Of a stretch of DNA of 62,572 bases, positions 28,791 through 38,702 are shown piece by piece. The stretch comes from an uncultured Bacteroidaceae bacterium. Lineage in GTDB: Bacteria; Bacillota; Clostridia; Christensenellales; CAG-917. The stretch's first letter is position 1. Each line of letters opens with the position of its first letter. The notes under the pieces are model-generated. The model was not told where the DNA came from, ran no database searches, and was given only the letters and a program-made list of their open reading frames with translations. A program made the position numbers and the translations under genes. The stretch is taken from NCBI GenBank assembly GCA_964592815.1, contig CAZQGE010000001.1, positions 1 to 62,572 of the forward strand, read 5' to 3'.

Positions 28791-29813
28791 TTATTTGTCA
28801 AACGAAACCAAACCGACTTTCTTCTTAACTTTTTTAAGTGTTCTTTGACCTAAACGGCTTGCCTTTTCTGCGCCTTGCTTCGCAAAGTCCGCCAAAATTG
28901 CTCTGTCGTCTAAATATCTTAAATAATTTTCTCTTATAGGCTTGAATTTGCTTGCAACTGCTTCACCTACTGCCAACTTAAAATTGCCATAGCCAACACC
29001 AGAAAATTCATTTTCCACTTGTTCTGTGGTTTTGTTTTCTATTGCGGCGTAAATTGTGATGAGGTTTGAAATGCCAGGTTTGTCATCACTCATAACAATT
29101 TCATTTTCGCTGTCAGTTACAGCACGTTTGAAACGTCTGACTATCGTTGCTTCATCGTCAATAATAGACACCGTCGCATTTTGGTCGGGGTCAGACTTCG
29201 ACATTTTTGCTGTTGGGTCTTGAAGTGAACAAATTTTTGCGCCAGTTGCTGGAATGTATGGTTCTGGAATTGTAAATACGTTTCCGTAACGGTTGTTAAA
29301 GCGTGTTGCAATATCCCTCGTAAGTTCCAAATGTTGTTTTTGGTCAACTCCAACAGGCACCAAGTTTGAGTTGAAAAGCAAAATATCCGCCGCCATAAGC
29401 ACAGGATAATCCATAAGTCCCATATTTATGTTATCGGCGTGTTTTGCGCTTTTATCTTTGTATTGCGTCATTCTTGACGCCTCGCCAACGTAAGTGTTGC
29501 AGTTCAATATCCATTGAAGTTCAGCGTGTTCGGGGACTTGTGACTGAAAATACATTATTGATTTTTCAGGGTCTAGTCCACACGCTAAAAACTGAGCAAA
29601 AAAGCTGAGGCTTGTCTGACGAAATTCCTGAGGTTCACGTCTTACGGTCAAAGCGTGTAAATCGGCAATAAAGAAAATGGAGTCAAAATCTGCCTGCATT
29701 TTCTCCCAATTACTGACTGCGCCCAAAAAATTGCCCAAAGTTATTGTACCTGTGGGCTGTATTCCGCTCAACATTATCTGTCTTTTTACGTTTTGATTTT
29801 CAATTTCCGACAT
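28791..29813 (-). CDS. trpS: Tryptophan--tRNA ligase
   Basis: 340 aa. GIQPTGTITLGNFLGA (HIGH-equivalent, as in the B. subtilis TrpS form I recall) and KMSKS. Confidence 0.95.
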   Translation of the reverse strand: MSEIENQNVKRQIMLSGIQPTGTITLGNFLGAVSNWEKMQADFDSIFFIADLHALTVRREPQEFRQTSLSFFAQFLACGLDPEKSIMYFQSQVPEHAELQWILNCNTYVGEASRMTQYKDKSAKHADNINMGLMDYPVLMAADILLFNSNLVPVGVDQKQHLELTRDIATRFNNRYGNVFTIPEPYIPATGAKICSLQDPTAKMSKSDPDQNATVSIIDDEATIVRRFKRAVTDSENEIVMSDDKPGISNLITIYAAIENKTTEQVENEFSGVGYGNFKLAVGEAVASKFKPIRENYLRYLDDRAILADFAKQGAEKASRLGQRTLKKVKKKVGLVSFDK

Positions 29814-29826
29814 AGTATCCTCTTAC

Positions 29827-31311
29827 TTATTTTTCTTCTTTCAACACAAAGTCGAAAACGGCTTGTTTGGTTTCTGTTCTGTCAATGACAGTCAAATGTT
29901 TTTCTTTCTTTTCTTTGAGATAAAACAAAGACTCAGGACAATCTAAAGCAGTTGCAAGTTGAAGTTTCATAACAGCTTTGAAAGCATCCTTTTCTTCTCT
30001 ACCGCTTATAGCCTTATATACGTCTTTTGCAAACTTATAAGGGCTTGCCGTTGAAACGATAACTGTCAACGTATCGTCATCTGTTTCAACAGAATATTCG
30101 TTATATACACTTGCGGCAACCGCCGTGTGCGTGTCAAAAACATAATCGTCTAAATCAAAGAAATTGTGAATTGCATCAGAGGTTTCTTCTTCATCAGCCC
30201 AACCCGACTCAAATATCTCACCTTTGATTTTTCCTAAGTCGATTTCAAACCTTCCTTTTGTTTTCAAGCCTTCATATAATGCGTTTACAGTTTTGTCATC
30301 TCTGCCATACATTTCATAAATCAACCTCTCCAAATTTGATGAAACCAAAATATCCATAGACGGCGACATTGTTTTGTAAAAGTCACGATTTACGTCATAT
30401 ACGCCCGTGTTGAAAAAATCTGTCAAAATGTTGTTTGCATTTGACGCAATAATCAATTTGTTGATTGGAAGCCCCATTCGATAAGCATAGTAGCCCGCCA
30501 AAATATTACCAAAGTTGCCAGTTGGAACAACAAAATTTATTTTGTCGCCAAAATTGATTTCTTCACTTGAAACCAAATCACAATAAGCTGATATATAATA
30601 GGCAATCTGTGGCGCAAGCCTTCCCCAGTTTATGGAGTTGGCAGACGACATTTCAATACCTTTTTCTTTCAATTTTTGGACTGTGTCAGCGTCGTTAAAC
30701 AACTTTTTGACTGCTGTTTGAGCGTCGTCAAAATTGCCCCTAATTGCTGCCACGTGTACGTTTTCACCATCTTGCGTAACCATTTGTTTGCGTTGCAAAT
30801 CACTTACGCCCGCATTTGGATAAAAAACGATAATTTCTGTGCCTTCAACGTCCTTAAAGCCTTCTAGCGCGGCCTTTCCCGTATCTCCGCTTGTTGCGAC
30901 CAAGATAAGTGTTTTGTTTGTGTTGCCTTGTTTCTTTTTGCTTGCAACCATCAAATAAGGCAACAGCGTCAAAGCCATATCCTTAAAAGCACAAGTTGGT
31001 CCGTGCCATAATTCCATAACAAACAAACCATCTTCAACCTTAATCAAAGGACAGGGGTCGCCATCAAAACGCGAATACGCTTTTTGAGTGTAATCTAAAA
31101 GTTCTTCATAAGAAAAGTCGTCAAGATACATAGCGAGTATTTTGGCGGCTCGTTCAGGATAATCAAGGTTTGTCAATTCCGCAATGAGATTTTCGTCTAA
31201 AACTGGGAATGACGACGGAACAAACAGTCCGCCGTCATCAGATATTCCTTTGACTATCGCCTCGCTTGCAGAGAAAACCTTTGAGTTATCTCTGGTGCTG
31301 GTGTATTTCAT
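29827..31311 (-). CDS. thrC: Threonine synthase (long form)
   Basis: 494 aa. MKYTSTRDN...GGLFVP N-terminus, PLP lysine context (PTCAFKDMAL), and SGDTGKAA. Confidence 0.93.
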   Translation of the reverse strand: MKYTSTRDNSKVFSASEAIVKGISDDGGLFVPSSFPVLDENLIAELTNLDYPERAAKILAMYLDDFSYEELLDYTQKAYSRFDGDPCPLIKVEDGLFVMELWHGPTCAFKDMALTLLPYLMVASKKKQGNTNKTLILVATSGDTGKAALEGFKDVEGTEIIVFYPNAGVSDLQRKQMVTQDGENVHVAAIRGNFDDAQTAVKKLFNDADTVQKLKEKGIEMSSANSINWGRLAPQIAYYISAYCDLVSSEEINFGDKINFVVPTGNFGNILAGYYAYRMGLPINKLIIASNANNILTDFFNTGVYDVNRDFYKTMSPSMDILVSSNLERLIYEMYGRDDKTVNALYEGLKTKGRFEIDLGKIKGEIFESGWADEEETSDAIHNFFDLDDYVFDTHTAVAASVYNEYSVETDDDTLTVIVSTASPYKFAKDVYKAISGREEKDAFKAVMKLQLATALDCPESLFYLKEKKEKHLTVIDRTETKQAVFDFVLKEEK

Positions 31312-31736
31312 AGTTCTCCTTGATACTTTTTCAAAAACTCAGGGAAATTCTCCTCGTTTTCGCTTACTGTAAGTATAAATGTAGTTTTTTGCGCCTTGGC
31401 AATGTTGTAAATATCCGTAAAGAAGTCTTTCATTTCAGCCACGGTACGGTTCAACATTCTGTGCGCGCCGTCGATATAGAAGCTTTCAATATCGTGATTG
31501 CCAGCTAAAATACCTTTGATAAATCCGATAAGGGCACGTTCGTCAATAGGCTCCTCGCCACGCTTCAAGCAATTTGCGTTTATTGTGCGGATTTGATAAC
31601 GGAGAGAATACATATATCTGTCCGTATCTGTGACAAAAACGATGTCGCCTTTTGCTGTTTCGATATTATCGTTTGCCATATCGATTATAATCTTTGTTTT
31701 GCCTGTTCCTTTTGCTCCGGTGATAAGTTTTATCAT
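31308..31736 (-). CDS. Small stand-alone P-loop NTPase of unknown function
   Basis: 142 aa from ATG 31736, which follows a GGTGGAGGTG RBS. Walker A is ITGAKGTGKTK; a possible Walker B is DIVFVTD. The stop overlaps the thrC start (ATGA). Confidence 0.65.
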   Translation of the reverse strand: MIKLITGAKGTGKTKIIIDMANDNIETAKGDIVFVTDTDRYMYSLRYQIRTINANCLKRGEEPIDERALIGFIKGILAGNHDIESFYIDGAHRMLNRTVAEMKDFFTDIYNIAKAQKTTFILTVSENEENFPEFLKKYQGEL

Positions 31737-31795
31737 AAGCACCTCCACCTATATATTACAAAATTTGGTTACAAATTACAATACCCAATTTTATA

Positions 31796-33196
31796 TTATT
31801 GCTTAGACAATGAAGCGTGAAATTCGGCATATTTTTTTGCGTCAAGATTTTTGACCATAAAATCTAATTCACCATCGCTTATCATAGTGGTTCTGCCGTT
31901 TGCATATTGCAAATCAACAAGTTCTTTCATTTTTGACACGAGTTCAGAACGTTTGTCTTCTTTGTTCTCGCTTGCAAGATGATAATAACTATTTATCCAA
32001 AACGCAATTCCTGCAAGACCGCTGAACGCATCAACGATAACTCTTGGAGGACGTCCCAAAATTTTGTCCGTATCGAATATATTATAAATTTCTTGGTCTT
32101 TCAACATTCCGTCTGCGTGAATACCCGCTTTTGTAACGTTAAAGTTTTTGCCTACAAACGGAGTACGTTCAGGAATTTGGAAATTCATATTATGTTCAAA
32201 GTATTCAGCGATTTCCGTAATTGCCGTCAAGTCCATACCGTTGGTTGTACCACGTAAAGACGCATATTCAACCGCCATAGCTTCAAGCGGTGTATTTCCT
32301 GTTCTTTCGCCAATTCCCATAAGAGTGCAGTTTATTGTAGAACAACCGTAAAGCCACGCTGTTGCCGAATTGGTAACCGCCTTATAAAAGTCGTTGTGGC
32401 CGTGCCATTCCAACTGTTCGGACGGACACTCAGCGTAATAACGAAATCCGTAAATTATACCTTGAACGCTTCTTGGAAGTGACGTTCCAGGATAAGTAAC
32501 ACCATAGCCCATTGTATCGCAAGCACGAATTTTAATTGGTATTCCGCTATCTCTTGACAAATTCATAAGTTCAATCGCGAAAGGCACGACAAAACCAAAA
32601 TAGTCTGCACGCGTAATGTCTTCAAAGTGGCATCTTGGCACAATTCCACGGTCAAGTGCCATTTTAACCACGGATAAATATTTATCCATAGCTTGCCTTC
32701 TTGTAAGATTCATTTTTTTGAAAATATGATAGTCTGAACAACTTACCAAAATTCCCGTTTCTTTAATTCCAAATTGTTTGACCAATTCAAAATCTTTTTC
32801 ACTTGCACGTATCCAACTTGTGACTTCTGGAAATTTATATCCTAGTTCCAAGCATTTTTCAACTGCTTTTCTGTCGTTTTCGCTATATAAGAAAAATTCG
32901 CTTTGGCGCACAATTCCCTTTGGTCCGCCAAGACGGTGCAATAACTTGTAGAGATTGACAATATCATCAACCTTAAATGGTTCGCAAGATTGTTGTCCGT
33001 CACGGAAAGTCGTATCGGAAATATACAAGTTTTTTGGGCATTCCAAAGGAATGTGACGCATATTAAACGTCGTTTTTGGAATTTCTCCGTATGTAAAAAT
33101 CTTGCGATGCAAGTTTGGATAAGAAACGTCTTGCAAATTTGGCTTGTAGGCGTGTTCTTCAATGATATGTCTGTTTTTGTCGTATTTGACTATCAT
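31796..33196 (-). CDS. HMGL-like (IPMS / homocitrate synthase / Re-citrate synthase family) acyl-CoA:2-oxoacid condensing enzyme
   Basis: 466 aa. ISDTTFRDGQQS, then a TIM-barrel with HGHNDF. The GGAGG RBS lies 20 nt after the prfA stop. Substrate is not assignable from sequence alone. Confidence 0.75.
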   Translation of the reverse strand: MIVKYDKNRHIIEEHAYKPNLQDVSYPNLHRKIFTYGEIPKTTFNMRHIPLECPKNLYISDTTFRDGQQSCEPFKVDDIVNLYKLLHRLGGPKGIVRQSEFFLYSENDRKAVEKCLELGYKFPEVTSWIRASEKDFELVKQFGIKETGILVSCSDYHIFKKMNLTRRQAMDKYLSVVKMALDRGIVPRCHFEDITRADYFGFVVPFAIELMNLSRDSGIPIKIRACDTMGYGVTYPGTSLPRSVQGIIYGFRYYAECPSEQLEWHGHNDFYKAVTNSATAWLYGCSTINCTLMGIGERTGNTPLEAMAVEYASLRGTTNGMDLTAITEIAEYFEHNMNFQIPERTPFVGKNFNVTKAGIHADGMLKDQEIYNIFDTDKILGRPPRVIVDAFSGLAGIAFWINSYYHLASENKEDKRSELVSKMKELVDLQYANGRTTMISDGELDFMVKNLDAKKYAEFHASLSKQ

Positions 33197-33216
33197 AGTG
33201 CCTCCACTAATGAAAT

Positions 33217-34302
33217 TTAATCTATGTTTTCAAGTAATTTATTTTGCAAGGCGATTTGTAGTCCTGAAATCATTTCGTCCATTTCACCAAGCATAAATTT
33301 GTCAAGTGAATAAAGCGTAAGCCCTATTCTGTGGTCTGTAACTCTTCCTTGCGGAAAGTTGTACGTGCGTATTCTCTCGCTTCTGTCGCCAGTTCCAACT
33401 TGCGCTTTTCTGTTTTCGCTGTATTCTTTTTCTGCTTTTGATTGATAGTAATCAAACAAGCGCGAGCGCAAAACTCTCATTGCTTTTTCACGGTTTTTGA
33501 TTTGACTGCGTTCATCTTGGCATTCAACCACAATACCCGTTGGCAAGTGCGTCATTCTTATAGCCGACTCAGTCTTATTTACGTGCTGACCACCTGCGCC
33601 GCCACTTCTATACGTATCAATCTTTATGTCGTTTTCATTTAGGTTAACTTGTACGTTTTCAACTTCTGGCAACACGGCAACCGTAACCGTTGAGGTATGA
33701 ACTCTGCCTTGCGACTCGGTTTCGGGGACTCGTTGAACTCTATGAACTCCACTTTCAAATTTGAGTTTGCCGTAAACGCCTTTGCCAGCAATCATAAACA
33801 CAAGTTCTTTTGCTCCGCCAAGTTCGGTGTAGTTCATATTTATTTCTTCCACTTTCCAACGCTTATTGTCAGCATAGTGGCGATACATTTTCATAAGTTC
33901 TGTGCCAAACAGCGCAGCTTCTTCACCACCCGCCCCTGCTCTAATTTCCATAATAACGTTGTTGTCTTCATTGGGGTCTTTGGGCAAAAGCGAAATTTTA
34001 AGGTCGCCTCCGTCTTGCTCCAAAGCCTCGCGCATATCGTCAATTTCACTTTTTATCAATGATTTTAATTCGCCGTCTTTTTCAATTTCCAACATTTCTT
34101 CCAAATCTTGAAACTCTCTTTTATGCGCCGAAAACCTATCAAATATTTCTACAATAGGTTCTAAATCAGAATGCTCTTTGCTTAAAACCTTAAATTGTTC
34201 TTGTTTGTTTATGATTTCTTTTTTTGACAAAAGCTCGCCAAGTTCATTATACCTTGCTTTTATCTTTTCAAGTTTTACAATCATTCCTTCGCTGACTTTC
34301 AT
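33217..34302 (-). CDS. prfA: Peptide chain release factor 1
   Basis: 361 aa. GGQ motif ([17 protein letters not shown]) and RF1-type P-x-T tripeptide (PET). Confidence 0.95.
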   Translation of the reverse strand: MKVSEGMIVKLEKIKARYNELGELLSKKEIINKQEQFKVLSKEHSDLEPIVEIFDRFSAHKREFQDLEEMLEIEKDGELKSLIKSEIDDMREALEQDGGDLKISLLPKDPNEDNNVIMEIRAGAGGEEAALFGTELMKMYRHYADNKRWKVEEINMNYTELGGAKELVFMIAGKGVYGKLKFESGVHRVQRVPETESQGRVHTSTVTVAVLPEVENVQVNLNENDIKIDTYRSGGAGGQHVNKTESAIRMTHLPTGIVVECQDERSQIKNREKAMRVLRSRLFDYYQSKAEKEYSENRKAQVGTGDRSERIRTYNFPQGRVTDHRIGLTLYSLDKFMLGEMDEMISGLQIALQNKLLENID

Positions 34303-34303
34303 A

Positions 34304-36109
34304 TTACCTCACCACAGCAATTCTATCTACGCCTTCAATATCCTTTAATATCTCGACGTTTTGTCCAAATATATCCTTTATAGCCTCAGACTGTCCAATT
34401 CCAAATTCAAAAACAAGAACTCCATTGTCAGCCAAATAGCTTTTCAATTCATCTTTAATTCGTCTATAAAAGTTCAAGCCGTCCTCACCACCGTCTAAAG
34501 CCAAAATTGGCTCGAATGACTTGACTTTTTTGTCCAACCCTTTTATGTCCTTGCTTGGAATATAAGGTGGATTGGAAATTATAATATCAAACTTTTTGTT
34601 TTTTACCGCTTCAAACAAATCACCGCATAAAAATTCAACGTTTGCGCCGTTATTCAATGCGTTTGCTTTTGCGACAATAAGTGCCTTTTCAGAAATGTCT
34701 GTTGCAGTAACCGCAATGCCAGAAAGTTTGTTGATAGCTATGGCAATAGCCCCGCTTCCCGTGCATAAATCAAGCGCACTTTCAAAGTTATTTACTTTTA
34801 TTATGTTCAAAGCCTTTTCAACCAATTCCTCTGTTTCAGGGCGAGGAATTAAAACGTCGTGGGTTACCGCCAACCTAAAGCCAAAAAATTCAGCGTTTCC
34901 AAGTGCGTATTGAAGCGGTGCTCCGTCCTTCATTTTTCGTGCAATTTCCCTTGCGCAATTAAACTGTTCCTTGTTGAGATACTTAACTTCTTGAAGGCAT
35001 GAGCGGTTGACACCCAAAACCTCAACCAAAATCCATTCAAAATCGCTCTGTTCGGCGGTCTCGGCAATTTCTTTTATATACTCATAAGCCTTTTCCACCG
35101 TAATTTTAATTTCAAATTTTCTTTCAGGCAAGTTTGGGTTTGCTTCCATTTCCATAACTGTATTAAAAGCAGTTATTGACACTTCAAGCATATCCAAAGT
35201 TGGTTCTTTTGTAGTAAGTTTTTGAAGCAACATACCAGGCGCTCGCAATATTCTAAACAACAAGCAATCAGATTTTGCAAGCAGTTTCAAAATTTCATAA
35301 GATACACCTGCTACAACGGGCAAAAACAAAAGTTTTACACCAAGTTTTATAAAAGCGTTGACAACGTTGCTGTCCATAAGCCAACCAAGCAAACTTAAAA
35401 TCCAGTTTACAAGCGCAAAAACTATAATGCTTACCGTAACGACAATAAACATAAATGTCGTTCCGCAACGCGAATGCGCTTTGCTCATTTTTTTTGCGTT
35501 TTCAGGAGTAAGTTCCAAACCGTGTTCGTAACAATTTATAACTTTATGTTCCGCACCGTGATACATAAAAACACGTCGTATGTCTTTCATAAGCGAAACG
35601 ACAAGAATATACGTTATAAAAATTGTCAACATAATCGCGCCTTCCGTCAAACTTTGAAGCACAGGGTGTGTGTTGACGTTTGGAATTTCAAAAATTAAAC
35701 CTGTCAAAAAATTAGGTAAAAAGACAAATAAACCTACTGCAAGCAAAATCCCCAAAACAACCGAAAAAGCCATAAGCGCAGACAATGGATTTATCTTAAA
35801 TTTCTCCGCTATCTTCTTTTCAAACTTTGAGGGTTCGGCAAAATCACCGTAAACTTCGGCAGAACGCAGCAATATCCCCGTACCTTCGTAAAGTTGAGTA
35901 ACCAAGTTTACAATTCCGCGAATAAACGGAAAGCCCCAAATTTTATTTTTTTCTTTTAGCGGTTTAATGTATTTGCTCTCCACCGTAATTTCACCAGTTT
36001 CCGAGCGTACGGCAGTAGCGACAGAGTGCGCGCCTTTCATCATAACGCCTTCCATCACAGCTTGCCCGCCTATTGAAGTTTTAACATTTTTTTTGTCTTT
36101 TTTATTCAT
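34304..36109 (-). CDS. prmC: Fusion protein: DUF1385 membrane domain + release-factor glutamine N5-methyltransferase PrmC
   Basis: 601 aa from ATG 36109. N-terminal half has [20 protein letters not shown] and several TM helices (DUF1385-type, from memory). C-terminal half has the SAM motif [12 protein letters not shown] and catalytic IISNPPYIP. Confidence 0.85.
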   Translation of the reverse strand: MNKKDKKNVKTSIGGQAVMEGVMMKGAHSVATAVRSETGEITVESKYIKPLKEKNKIWGFPFIRGIVNLVTQLYEGTGILLRSAEVYGDFAEPSKFEKKIAEKFKINPLSALMAFSVVLGILLAVGLFVFLPNFLTGLIFEIPNVNTHPVLQSLTEGAIMLTIFITYILVVSLMKDIRRVFMYHGAEHKVINCYEHGLELTPENAKKMSKAHSRCGTTFMFIVVTVSIIVFALVNWILSLLGWLMDSNVVNAFIKLGVKLLFLPVVAGVSYEILKLLAKSDCLLFRILRAPGMLLQKLTTKEPTLDMLEVSITAFNTVMEMEANPNLPERKFEIKITVEKAYEYIKEIAETAEQSDFEWILVEVLGVNRSCLQEVKYLNKEQFNCAREIARKMKDGAPLQYALGNAEFFGFRLAVTHDVLIPRPETEELVEKALNIIKVNNFESALDLCTGSGAIAIAINKLSGIAVTATDISEKALIVAKANALNNGANVEFLCGDLFEAVKNKKFDIIISNPPYIPSKDIKGLDKKVKSFEPILALDGGEDGLNFYRRIKDELKSYLADNGVLVFEFGIGQSEAIKDIFGQNVEILKDIEGVDRIAVVR

Positions 36110-36152
36110 ATAACCGCCTAAAAAACAGCAATATTGCAACCGTTTTAAGCCC

Positions 36153-36192
36153 TAAAAAGCAAAAATGCAGACACGAAAAGCCGTGTCTGCAT
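36153..36192 (-). terminator. Rho-independent terminator of rpmE
   Basis: atgcagacacg / aaaagc / cgtgtctgcat, an 11-bp stem. On the minus strand it is followed by TTTTGCTTTTT. Confidence 0.75.
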
Positions 36193-36200
36193 TTAGTTTA

Positions 36201-36407
36201 CTAATCGAGATTGTATCTCTTTTTGAACTTATCCACACGACCACCAGTATCAACCAATTTTTGTTTACCCGTGAAATATGGGTGACACTTGGAGCAAATT
36301 TCTACTCTAAGTTCTTCAACGTTTTGGGTTGTTCCTGTTTGAAAAGTGTTGCCACAAGCGCAGATAACTGTCACATCGTGATACTTAGGATGAATTCCTT
36401 CTTTCAT
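36201..36407 (-). CDS. rpmE: 50S ribosomal protein L31 (Zn-ribbon type A)
   Basis: 68 aa. [17 protein letters not shown]...[13 protein letters not shown]. Confidence 0.95.
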   Translation of the reverse strand: MKEGIHPKYHDVTVICACGNTFQTGTTQNVEELRVEICSKCHPYFTGKQKLVDTGGRVDKFKKRYNLD

Positions 36408-36482
36408 ATTAGACCTCCGATAATAATAATTCCCACGCCCACATGCACCGTTTCTCGCGCATATATGGCATAAAGTTTCTTA

Positions 36483-36511
36483 ATTATACATATCCAAAAA
36501 TACCTTGTCAA
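36483..36511 (-). promoter_or_regulatory. Consensus sigma-A promoter of rpmE
   Basis: On the minus strand: TTGACA (36511-36506), 17 nt, TATAAT (36488-36483). Predicts a leader of about 68 nt. Confidence 0.6.
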
Positions 36512-36615
36512 GCAAATGAAAAACTTTTCTTAAAAGCTATTAGTCAGTTATGTAAATATAAAAATAACACTTTCATTTTGAAAAATCAAAAATTGCTAAA
36601 ATTACGAAAAATCAA

Positions 36616-38403
36616 TCAAGCAAAATATTTGTCTATTTCCAATTTTTTCAACAATTCCATAGTTTTAACATATTCTTCTGACGTTTTATCATTTGTTATT
36701 TTAAGTTTTGCAATTTCCTTCACTACAGAAAATTGTTCTTTGAAAAACTTTGCAATAAATCCGTTTGCACCAGATAAATGTTCTTTTGCAACACTTGCCG
36801 CTTTTGACATTTTAGCTGGCAACTTATCTTCAATCGCGTTCAATATTGTAGTAAAATAATTTTTCAAATCGTTTTCAGTTGCAATTCCACCTTCGCCACT
36901 TACCGTCAATGTTGGCAATTCAAACTCTAACACAGAATTTATCGACGAATATGATGCGTCAAATTTTGCTTTTAACGCCTTATATGGTTTGCCATTGAAT
37001 TTTTCATCGCCAGATACGTTAAAACCAGCTTGCGTACTTCTGAAATCACTTTTGAAAGACTGAATGGAAATATATGTCATTGAAAGTTCCAAAACAGGAA
37101 TCATTTCTGGGTTTTCGGGCAATGCTTCAGTTCTGTCGGTTCCGTTTGCAATAAAGCTGTTAAGTCCAATATCTGCCACCAAAAATCCCAAAAGTTTATC
37201 TGTGCGGATTTCAGGGTCTTCAATAGAATTTATTTTGTCAAAAAGTTGATTAAATTTCAAAATTGCGCTTTCGCCGTTATCTGACGCATAACTACTCAAA
37301 GCCTGTTCCATAAAGCGTGCAAGCAACACGGCGTAATTTGATTTCAAATTATATCCGTCTTTGACAAAGACTTCAAGCAAATCGGAAACAAAGCCGTCTG
37401 TTTCAATCACACTTTTTCCGTCCAAAACAACGTCGCATATAAGTGGTATAAAATCTATTGCGGTGTATCCGATTGAAACGTAGTTCATAATGTTTTGCAA
37501 AATACCGCTGCCCGCCAAAACACCGTTGAATTGTTTAGTCAGTTTTGAAAATGCTGTGCTTATTGCATTCAGTTGCTTGTCAGTAAGTGAATTTTTGAAA
37601 ATTAGAACGTTGTTCAAAATTGAGTTCAACGTAAGTTTGATTTCGTTTTCGGTTATATCTGTGAGTGCGCCCGAACTTATTGACTGAAACAAGTCGTCTG
37701 AAATAGACAACAAAACCGTGTCGTACATAAAGCCTGTCAAAGATTTTACACCGCCCTCAGCAGCCCTCAATGCGTCAACCAAACTTTGGTCAACCGACAT
37801 AAGACTGTATGACTTCATAGCGGAATTAAACATATTCCTTACCGAGGTGCTTTCTTGCACATTGAGCAATTTTTCTGCCCTTTCGTACATATTTTTGAAG
37901 ACGTTTGAACTATCCAAACTCAACTTTTCAAGTGTGTTATAAATCAAATTGGAAATGTCAGTTACGGTAAAATCATATTTCAAAAGTGGGAAAAAAATTT
38001 TTAGAACTTGTTTGTTTTTTTCTTTATTCAGTTGCTCATTTTCTTCTTTTTTGAATGCGTCTTTAATATCTTCTTTTCCAAATATTTCGGTAAGTTTGTT
38101 AATCTGCGCCAAATGTAAATCTGAAGAATATATAGTTTCTCCCAAAAAATCTAGCCAAGCTGAATATTGAACGTACTCAGCTGCATCTACACGTTTTGCA
38201 AGTTGTTCGTCACTAAACGTTTGCTCCCAATCGGCACTTCTTGCAGTCAAAACAGCACTCTTAAATGACGATACTGCATTGTTCCGCTCAATATTGCTTT
38301 GAGCACCATCATTTTTATTGCAACTAAAAAGAACAACTGACAAAGACATAATCAGTATGCAAATCAAAATTATTGAAGTTGCTTTTTTAATGTTTTTTTG
38401 CAT
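36616..38403 (-). CDS. Predicted lipoprotein of unknown function (595 aa, helical)
   Basis: Signal peptide plus lipobox: MQKNIKKATSIILICILIMSLSVVLFS|C. I recognise no family motif in the rest. Confidence 0.7.
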   Translation of the reverse strand: MQKNIKKATSIILICILIMSLSVVLFSCNKNDGAQSNIERNNAVSSFKSAVLTARSADWEQTFSDEQLAKRVDAAEYVQYSAWLDFLGETIYSSDLHLAQINKLTEIFGKEDIKDAFKKEENEQLNKEKNKQVLKIFFPLLKYDFTVTDISNLIYNTLEKLSLDSSNVFKNMYERAEKLLNVQESTSVRNMFNSAMKSYSLMSVDQSLVDALRAAEGGVKSLTGFMYDTVLLSISDDLFQSISSGALTDITENEIKLTLNSILNNVLIFKNSLTDKQLNAISTAFSKLTKQFNGVLAGSGILQNIMNYVSIGYTAIDFIPLICDVVLDGKSVIETDGFVSDLLEVFVKDGYNLKSNYAVLLARFMEQALSSYASDNGESAILKFNQLFDKINSIEDPEIRTDKLLGFLVADIGLNSFIANGTDRTEALPENPEMIPVLELSMTYISIQSFKSDFRSTQAGFNVSGDEKFNGKPYKALKAKFDASYSSINSVLEFELPTLTVSGEGGIATENDLKNYFTTILNAIEDKLPAKMSKAASVAKEHLSGANGFIAKFFKEQFSVVKEIAKLKITNDKTSEEYVKTMELLKKLEIDKYFA

Positions 38404-38702
38404 TTTATTCCTTTTAGTTGTGATGATTTCCGCTTCAATTCATTTTTATTATATACATCTTAACTCTATTTTTTATTTGACGCAATGCGTTTTAGAAAAA
38501 GCGGCGAAACTTAATCTCAATTTTTCACTGAAAGTTTTGCATTGCAAATTTTATTCAATCATCAATTTTGTTCAATAAAACCATCTCACAATCGTTTTTT
38601 AACAATGCTCATTTTTAGTAGCAACAATTTTCAGCATAGCTACTTAATATAGGTTTATCGTTATCACACTTTTTATAGTTTGTTTGCGCCATATTCAATT
38701 TT

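Noticed and set aside
36443-36859. 138-aa plus-strand ORF spanning the rpmE promoter region and the 3' end of the lipoprotein gene.
   Set aside because: It overlaps a consensus promoter on the other strand and the lipoprotein coding region. No SD and no recognisable motif.
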